A stretch of DNA of 32,000 nt, taken from the NCBI GenBank assembly GCA_963675915.1, contig OY780959.1, positions 1,050,001 to 1,082,000 of the forward strand, read 5' to 3'. Below the pieces are notes generated by a model, which was not told the origin of the DNA, did not search any database, and saw only the letters and a program-made list of their open reading frames with translations. Source of the stretch: Coprobacillaceae bacterium (lineage in GTDB: Bacteria; Bacillota_I; Bacilli_A; Erysipelotrichales; Coprobacillaceae). Made by a program: the position numbers and the translations under genes. Positions 26,266 through 32,000 of this stretch are shown here, piece after piece (within the stretch, counting starts at the first letter, position 1; each line of letters starts with the position of its first letter).

Positions 26266-26305
26266 AAACACGCCCAGAGACCGTTTATGGGCTTTGGACG
26301 TGTTT
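26266..26305 (-). terminator. Rho-independent terminator candidate of the (now interrupted) surface protein gene
   Basis: The minus-strand RNA would read AAACACGUCCAAAG-loop-CUCUGGGCGUGUUU followed by UGAGAUU. The stem is about 13 bp including G:U pairs, and the U tract is weak. It lies 24 nt after the displaced original stop codon at 26329-26331. Confidence 0.5.
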
Positions 26306-26328
26306 GATATTAATGTTACGTTTAAATC

Positions 26329-26372
26329 TTAGTCTTCCTGTAATTCTTGATCTGATTCCTGGTCGGAGTAAT
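26329..26372 (-). pseudogene. Displaced original 3' end of the surface protein gene (11 codons plus stop), separated from the gene by IS66
   Basis: After removing 26373-29107 and one GGAGTAAT copy, the frame reads ...GASHYS-DQESDQELQED-stop. Confidence 0.8.
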
Positions 26373-26419
26373 GTATGCGTCAAATAGAGCGGTGGTAGGT
26401 TGTCGAGGTCATTGATGGT

Positions 26420-26782
26420 ATGATTATCACATCGAATTGGAGGTGTGATGATTTTAATTATTCTGATGATCAGTGGCAGGTGATATTTACTGAGGCTGCC
26501 AATAGTGATCTGACCATTAAAAAATGGTGTTTGGCTAACGATGTTTCGTACAATGCTTTTTGCTACCACAAGTATTCTAAGCCATATTTGAATCGCTCAA
26601 GAGATGAAGTTAAGGATTCTGGATTTACTACAGCTCTTGTCAGGCTGGATATTGTTGATTGCAACAGTAAAGTTGTTTCCAAGGGGTTCGATGTCAATAT
26701 TGGCAAGGCTACTATTTCGGTTGACGACTCGACAGACTTGGAAACTCTGGCTAAACTGATAGGTATGATCAATGAAGCTTAG
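26420..26782 (+). CDS. tnpA: IS66-family TnpA (copy 2)
   Basis: 120 aa, with one substitution relative to copy 1 (L12F). Confidence 0.8.
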   Translation: MIITSNWRCDDFNYSDDQWQVIFTEAANSDLTIKKWCLANDVSYNAFCYHKYSKPYLNRSRDEVKDSGFTTALVRLDIVDCNSKVVSKGFDVNIGKATISVDDSTDLETLAKLIGMINEA

Positions 26783-27131
26783 GTTTGAAGACTTCGACAA
26801 TATCTATTTGGTTCCTGGGGCAACTGATCTTAGGAAAAGCTACGCCGGGTTAAGCGCGATTGTATCCCACAGCCTGTATCTTGACCCCACCGCCAATAAC
26901 CTGTACATCTTTTGCAACAGATCCAAGAAAAGCATCAAGATGCTGGAGTTCGACAAGAACGGATTTGTCATCCACTCCAAGAAGCTGCTTAATAAAGATA
27001 AGTTCTTCTGGCCCAAGGGTGATGAAGATATCACTTCAATGGTTGTTGACATCCGTCAGTTGAGTTGGTTGCTTGATGGATTGGCAATTGAACAGAAAAG
27101 GGCATTCAAGGACATTTCAGTAATGATATAG
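26772..27131 (+). CDS. tnpB: IS66-family TnpB (copy 2)
   Basis: 119 aa. The protein is identical to copy 1 although the DNA differs at six synonymous sites. Confidence 0.9.
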   Translation: MKLRFEDFDNIYLVPGATDLRKSYAGLSAIVSHSLYLDPTANNLYIFCNRSKKSIKMLEFDKNGFVIHSKKLLNKDKFFWPKGDEDITSMVVDIRQLSWLLDGLAIEQKRAFKDISVMI

Positions 27132-27242
27132 CCCCTACGCATAAGATTAATTCACATTTATTTGTGGGTTTATCTTTTGCCTTTTGAAGTTATTCACATC
27201 TTTTATAAATTGCCGTGAAATCAAGACTTTCAGGGCTTTTTA

Positions 27243-27251
27243 TGCTACAAT
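27243..27251 (+). promoter_or_regulatory. Candidate extended -10 (TGCTACAAT) upstream of tnpC, copy 2
   Basis: TGCTACAAT lies in the 147-bp tnpB-tnpC spacer, followed by AGAGGTGGA and the GTG at 27279. Confidence 0.3.
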
Positions 27252-27278
27252 GCCACTAGTGGAAAGAGGTGGATTCAA

Positions 27279-29039
27279 GTGATCAAATTGATGGAAGATA
27301 TGACAAAAGAAGAGCTTATCGAAGCGTTCAAAAAACGTGAGCAGGAACTCTATGCAAAAATCGAATCCGACCGTATTTCAAAAGAAAAACTTATTAGAGA
27401 AAAGAAGCATTTGTCTGCCGATATTGATAAAATGGCAGCTGAAATCAAAGAACGCAAACTTGAACTACAACAGAAAAACGAATACATCAAATTATTGGAA
27501 AACGCCCGCTACAGCTCCCAACGCAACAATATTAAGGAATATAACCAAGGTCCTGATCTGTTTAGTCTAATTGGTGTTGATTTTGATAATGCTACTGAAA
27601 CCGAAGAATTCGAAACTACGGAAATCAAAGGTTACAAAAGAAAAGTTAGAATCCCCAAAGAAAAACATATCAATTATGACCATCTCAAAACCAATATAAT
27701 TACAGAAGAAACTCCTGATGGTTTCGACGTTTGCGATCTTTGTGGTACAACTATGACAATCAAAAAATACGATGAAAGAAAAGAACTTGTCTATACACCC
27801 GCCAAAGTTGAATTGAATATTTACCGTACACCAGTATACGAATGTGTTGCTTGTCAGGAACACAACTTGGAAGGTAAATCATCTTACAAGAAAGTTCCTG
27901 GAAGACAACCGGTTATCAAGGGAAGCATTGCATCGCCATCACTGATTGCAACTATAATGGACATGAAATATTTAAAGGGTTTGCCACTGGCTGCTCAGGA
28001 AAAACGTTTCCTTGAAAATGACATCGTCATCCCTAGACAGAATATGGCCAACTGGATGATCAAGGCATCGGTTCATCTTAACCTGTTGTTTGAGTGCATG
28101 CACAAGGACTTGTTGTCCATGGAAGTGATCCACTGCGATGAAACCACCACCCAGGTTCTAAAGGAAGACGGCAAACCAGTGCAAAGCAAATCCTTCATGT
28201 GGGTCATGAGAAGTTGCCAATATGAGGCGCCGATAATCTTGTACCGTTATGATCCTAGTCGTTCAAAACGGGTAGCTGAGGATTTCATCGGTGATTACTC
28301 CCACTACCTGGTAACCGATGCTTACGGCGTCTACGAGTCACTTGAAAATGTCACCAACTGTTTTTGCCACGTTCATGCCTTTCGCTATTTCCGGGAAGCC
28401 TTGGATGTACTGCCAAAAGGCACCGATAAAAATCAAAGCTACGAATACACTTGCTACCGATATTACAAAAAAGTATTCGAAGCCAAGAACAAGATTGAAA
28501 CGGCTGCTAAGGGAAAATACTCAAAGAACCAGGATAAATATTTCCAATATATTCATAAGGGCCGAAATGATGTCGTAAAGCCAATCTACGATAAGTTTTT
28601 AGCGTACCTTAAAGAAATAATCCTGTTGCCCGAAGTTAATATGAAACCAACCTTGCTTAAGGCAATCAAATATCTAATGAACCACGAAAAGGAATTCAGC
28701 GAGGTATTCAATAACCCGAAAGTTCCATTCGACAATTCAAGCACGGAGCGAGCTATCAGACCGTTTGTCGTATCAAGGAATCGATGTAAATTCTATACAA
28801 GCCCCAAAGGAGCGCAAGCCGCAGCGATAATCTATTCGATACTGTTGAGCGCCCAGGAAAACAAGCTGTCACCGTACATGTACATGACGTACGTACTGGA
28901 ACGTCTTCCGGGAATCGATCCTACTGATGAAGAAGAAATTAGAAAACTACTACCCTACAATAAGGAACTGCCAACATACCTGCGTCAATTGACCACGAAG
29001 GAGATCAAGGGCCTCAAAAAAGGAATCCCAAGACGGTAA
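27279..29039 (+). CDS. tnpC: IS66-family transposase TnpC (copy 2)
   Basis: 586 aa, with one substitution relative to copy 1 (Q18K). Confidence 0.9.
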   Translation: MIKLMEDMTKEELIEAFKKREQELYAKIESDRISKEKLIREKKHLSADIDKMAAEIKERKLELQQKNEYIKLLENARYSSQRNNIKEYNQGPDLFSLIGVDFDNATETEEFETTEIKGYKRKVRIPKEKHINYDHLKTNIITEETPDGFDVCDLCGTTMTIKKYDERKELVYTPAKVELNIYRTPVYECVACQEHNLEGKSSYKKVPGRQPVIKGSIASPSLIATIMDMKYLKGLPLAAQEKRFLENDIVIPRQNMANWMIKASVHLNLLFECMHKDLLSMEVIHCDETTTQVLKEDGKPVQSKSFMWVMRSCQYEAPIILYRYDPSRSKRVAEDFIGDYSHYLVTDAYGVYESLENVTNCFCHVHAFRYFREALDVLPKGTDKNQSYEYTCYRYYKKVFEAKNKIETAAKGKYSKNQDKYFQYIHKGRNDVVKPIYDKFLAYLKEIILLPEVNMKPTLLKAIKYLMNHEKEFSEVFNNPKVPFDNSSTERAIRPFVVSRNRCKFYTSPKGAQAAAIIYSILLSAQENKLSPYMYMTYVLERLPGIDPTDEEEIRKLLPYNKELPTYLRQLTTKEIKGLKKGIPRR

Positions 29040-29064
29040 CAAACTGTCCCCCGGATTCCTTTTT
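29016..29064 (+). terminator. Hairpin at the end of tnpC (copy 2)
   Basis: AAAAAGGAATCC (29016-29028) pairs with GGATTCCTTTTT (29053-29064) across a 24-nt loop, and the structure ends in a T run. Confidence 0.4.
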
Positions 29065-29092
29065 GCATACCATTAAATATTCTCCCACCGCT

Positions 29093-32000
29093 CTATTTGA
29101 CGCATACGGAGTAATGACTGGCTCCGGCATAGTTAGCCAGAACATAAACGATCAAAATTCCATTGGTAATCAGATTACCTAAAGTCGGCAAGGCAAAGTA
29201 TAATCCGGCTACCACCAGTAACCCGGCGATCGTATAGACATTTACCCGTACCATTTTTTCATTATAATATTTGCGGTGTCTTAAATAGTTCAGGATCAAC
29301 AAGATCACCCACAGAAATAAGAATGGTAAGCCATATGGGAAGCCACCCACTTCGCTGACAGCGAAAGTCGCTGCAAATGGTATTTCCTGTCCATCAATTT
29401 CCACAGTGATAACCACCCCATCACCACCGACAAAGTCTTCATCAGGAGTATAAATCAACTGACCGTCAATGATTTCCACAGTCCCATTGGCTGGGCTGCC
29501 ATTGATGGTGATCTTGGTGATATCATCATAATTATCCAGAACCTCCTCCAAATTGATGCTTCGCGAGGTATTTTGATTTACCGAGTAATCATCTTTGATC
29601 AAAGGAATCCCATAACCGATCGGATTGGCATTACCCTCATCATCGATATTGGTGATCACTTCGTATTCGGTTCCATCGATTTCGATATTGTAATTGTCGA
29701 TACCGGTTTCACCTGTCTCCGGTTTATAGTAGACATCGCCACCGACAACTTCATACTGACCTTTTTTAGGTTCGCTGGTAACCTTGATTTCCGGTTTGGT
29801 TGCTGGTCCGGCTGGCAGATCAGTTGTTCCACCGCCCGAACCGCCACCTGGGTTAGGATGCACGATAATGGTTCCTTCATCATAGAATTCCGGATATGCT
29901 ACGGTTACCGTAATTGTCGCACTGACTTTCAAGCCATTGTCATTAACGGTATAGCTGAATATATCCGTTCCGACAAAGCCCTCATCTGGTTGATAAACGA
30001 CCTTGTTGTCAACAATGGTAGCTACTCCGTTTTCAGGTACGCTGACAGTTGCGATTTTTAGACTAGTAGTTTCAATATCACTATCATTTGCTAAAACATC
30101 AATCGTAACTTCCTGATTAAGATAAGTTTTAGCTGCGTCATCAGTTAATACCGGTTTGTCATTGACATTGGTTACATTGATAACGACCGTAGCAGTCGCT
30201 TCATAACAGCTATCAGTAACTGTGTACTTGAAGGTATCCACACCATAGAAATCTTTGGCAGGCGTGTATTTGAGCCCGTTTCCGGCTTTGACTACTGTTC
30301 CATGAGACGGTTTGGTGAATGATTTGATGGTCAAGTTGCTGTCGACATCGACATCATTAGCCAGAACATCTATAGTCACGGCTTTTTCTTCTTGAGTAGT
30401 AGCAGCATCATTACTTGCTACCGGTTGATCGTTGACTGGATTTACGGTCAACTCGGCTGAAGCCGAAGCTGTCGCTCCCAGTTCATCTGCAATTGTATAT
30501 TCAAAGCTGATAGTTCCGTTGAAATCTTTTGCTGGAGAGAAGGTAACAACCCCAGCTTCAAGCGTCAAGACTCCGGCTTTTGGATTGGAAAGTCCGGTTA
30601 CTTCAACCACTTCCAGGGTATCGCCCAATTCAGTGGCGATATCACTATCACTGTCATTAGCCAAAACCGCCAAAGTGGTTGCATTGTCATCCTCGGTCAA
30701 GGCATAACTGTCGTTAGCCGCTTCTGGTGCGGTATTCATTAGTGTTTCCACTTCGATAGTGGTTGTTTGGATATTGCCAGCTTGGTCTTTGGCTTCAACT
30801 CGGATCTCCGCCACTTCACCACGCTTATAGCCAGTCAAGGTTTGGTCGACTGTTTCAAGCCAATTTGACCATTGATGACCGTCGAAGATCCGGTAACTTG
30901 AAGCTGCCATTCCTGACATCAAGTCAGTAGTCGCTGCTTGAAGGTCAATTGTGCCAATTGTCGTACTTGACGCCGTGATTGCAAAAGCTTCTGGCGCTTC
31001 AAGATCCACGTTGATAATCACTGAATCAATCGCTGAAATATTTCCAGCCTGATCAATACTGCGAACTGCCAAAGAGTACTTACCTGATTTGGTGAAAGTA
31101 TAGATTGTGCCATCAAGCCATTCGCCACCATCAATTTGGTATTGATATTTGGCAATCCCACTGGTAGCGTCAGTCGCTCCGCTCAGGGTTACTGTCACAT
31201 TGTCAGTCGCCCAAGTTCCTGCTTGGTATGCTACTCCACCTGATTGCATGGTAATTAGTGGAGTAGTTGGATTAGTCTGATCGATTGAAACCGTTTTGGT
31301 AACAACCACTGACTGGCCGCTGGCATCAGTAACTTTGAAGTAAACCATATGGATTCCATCACTGTCCAGTTCAATGCGGTTGCCTGATTGGTAGTTGCTG
31401 CCATCCAATGAATATTGGTAAATCAAATCAGCAGCCAGAGTCATATTATCGGTCGCATTGATTGCCGATACGATAATATTTTTATCAGTCCAACTACCAT
31501 CAAGGTATTCCGGTGAAGTAAGCATTTCCGGAGCCAGTGGGGCTTCCAGGTCGACTTTAATCGATTTGGTTCCTACTGCCGAAATGTTTCCGGCATTGTC
31601 AATACTGCGATAGTTTACTGTATATTCACCCGAATCGGTGAAAGTAGAAGTAGTACCATCAATCCACTGACCATTGTCAATTTGATATTGATATTTGGCA
31701 ACCCCACTGGTAGCATCGGTTGCTTCACTTAAGGTAAAAGTAACCCTATCAGTCGCCCAAGTTCCTGCTTGATAAGCCGCTTCGCCACTAGTCATGGTAA
31801 TAGTCGGCATTGAAGAAACTGTCTGGTCGATTTTGATGGTTTTATCAACCACGGTTGTTTGACCGCTGCCATCAATGACTTTGAAATACACTGTTTGGAT
31901 TCCATCATCAGTTAACTCAACTGAGTTGCCTGAAAGATAATTAATGCCATCCAAGGAGTATTGATAGATTAGTTCATTTGTAGGCGTCAAATCATCTGTT
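29093..32000 (-). CDS. Very large repeat-rich cell-surface protein; 5' end outside the window, 3' end truncated by IS66 (last 4 codons and stop come from the IR)
   Basis: The frame is open to the window edge, and the TTG at 31990 is internal. It has two 182-aa-offset modules with the Y-Q-Y-S-L-D-G and A-K-Y-Q-Y-Q-I-D-x-G-x-W motifs (Ig-like / OmpL47-type beta domains). Three to four ~95-aa cadherin-like repeats follow (P..ANDSY...LANDSD.D...Y.P...F.G.D.F.Y.V.D). A Gly/Pro linker and three C-terminal hydrophobic helices complete the protein; there is no LPXTG. Confidence 0.8.
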   Translation of the reverse strand, partial: TDDLTPTNELIYQYSLDGINYLSGNSVELTDDGIQTVYFKVIDGSGQTTVVDKTIKIDQTVSSMPTITMTSGEAAYQAGTWATDRVTFTLSEATDATSGVAKYQYQIDNGQWIDGTTSTFTDSGEYTVNYRSIDNAGNISAVGTKSIKVDLEAPLAPEMLTSPEYLDGSWTDKNIIVSAINATDNMTLAADLIYQYSLDGSNYQSGNRIELDSDGIHMVYFKVTDASGQSVVVTKTVSIDQTNPTTPLITMQSGGVAYQAGTWATDNVTVTLSGATDATSGIAKYQYQIDGGEWLDGTIYTFTKSGKYSLAVRSIDQAGNISAIDSVIINVDLEAPEAFAITASSTTIGTIDLQAATTDLMSGMAASSYRIFDGHQWSNWLETVDQTLTGYKRGEVAEIRVEAKDQAGNIQTTTIEVETLMNTAPEAANDSYALTEDDNATTLAVLANDSDSDIATELGDTLEVVEVTGLSNPKAGVLTLEAGVVTFSPAKDFNGTISFEYTIADELGATASASAELTVNPVNDQPVASNDAATTQEEKAVTIDVLANDVDVDSNLTIKSFTKPSHGTVVKAGNGLKYTPAKDFYGVDTFKYTVTDSCYEATATVVINVTNVNDKPVLTDDAAKTYLNQEVTIDVLANDSDIETTSLKIATVSVPENGVATIVDNKVVYQPDEGFVGTDIFSYTVNDNGLKVSATITVTVAYPEFYDEGTIIVHPNPGGGSGGGTTDLPAGPATKPEIKVTSEPKKGQYEVVGGDVYYKPETGETGIDNYNIEIDGTEYEVITNIDDEGNANPIGYGIPLIKDDYSVNQNTSRSINLEEVLDNYDDITKITINGSPANGTVEIIDGQLIYTPDEDFVGGDGVVITVEIDGQEIPFAATFAVSEVGGFPYGLPFLFLWVILLILNYLRHRKYYNEKMVRVNVYTIAGLLVVAGLYFALPTLGNLITNGILIVYVLANYAGASHYSVCVK
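29897..30733 (-). repeat. Three tandem ~95-aa cadherin-like/VCBS-like repeats within the surface protein gene
   Basis: The repeats start near NTAPEAANDSY (aa 420), VNDQPVASNDAA (aa 518) and VNDKPVLTDDAA (aa 609). Each contains (T/A)(I/L)(D/A)VLAND(S/V)D and (Y/F)xP(A/D)(K/E)(D/G)F. Confidence 0.75.
30992..31990 (-). repeat. Intragenic tandem duplication, period 546 nt (182 codons), two diverged copies
   Basis: Protein aa 1-151 (31538-31990) and aa 183-333 (30992-31444) align without gaps, for example LIYQYSLDG at 7 and 189 and VDLEAP at 146 and 328. The similarity is also visible at the DNA level. Confidence 0.85.

Larger units (their letters stand above)
26373..29107 (+). mobile_element. 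IS66-family element A, copy 2 (2735 bp), inverted relative to copy 1
   Basis: It has the same perfect 23-bp IRs (26373-26395 and 29085-29107). An 8-bp target duplication GGAGTAAT is present at 26365-26372 and 29108-29115. All three genes are intact. Confidence 0.95.

Noticed and set aside
3328-29107. The two IS66-A copies plus everything between them as a composite transposon that delivered the polysaccharide locus
   Set aside because: The 8-bp sequences outside the pair differ (TAACAGAG at 3320-3327 versus GGAGTAAT at 29108-29115). Each copy has its own matching duplication, so the copies inserted independently and were not mobilised as one unit.
29573-30707. Plus-strand ORFs (29573..30061, 30432..30707) and the small minus-strand ORF 29656..29883 inside the surface protein gene
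   Set aside because: The 965-aa minus-strand frame has clear repeat-domain architecture. The others are frames kept open by the repetitive, codon-biased sequence.

Overview
Low-GC, Gram-positive-style DNA. A Lactobacillales-like origin is my inference from AGGAG-type ribosome-binding sites, gene content and AT richness. The window falls into three blocks.

(1) 1-10535 is an insertion-sequence graveyard. It starts with a partial IS3-family element and a transposase relic. A ~1.6 kb outer IS3-family element follows, pierced by three independent insertions: an intact 1218-bp IS3-type element, an intact 2735-bp IS66-family element, and an IS256-family element. The IS256 element is itself split by a second, different 2498-bp IS66-family element. 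Every layer has readable inverted repeats and target-site duplications, and removing the inserts in silico restores the open reading frames. A solo IS66 end follows.

(2) 10521-25778 is a minus-strand Wzx/Wzy-type surface-polysaccharide cluster, visibly more AT-rich than its flanks. It encodes four GT4-like, one GT2 and one CgeB-like glycosyltransferase, a hexapeptide O-acetyltransferase, a Wzy-like polymerase candidate, a Wzx flippase and a VanZ-like gene. It also contains an IS3 relic and two unrecognised, translationally coupled paralogous genes. Their products combine ParB/Srx-like, NDK-like and nucleotidyltransferase/LicD-like segments with C-terminal membrane tails. This pair is my best candidate for something undescribed.

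(3) 26329-32000 holds a second, inverted, near-identical copy of the first IS66 element. It sits in the last codons of a very large repeat-rich surface protein gene that runs off the window.

I saw no tRNA, rRNA or CRISPR array. All family calls come from reading motifs by eye; no database search was run.
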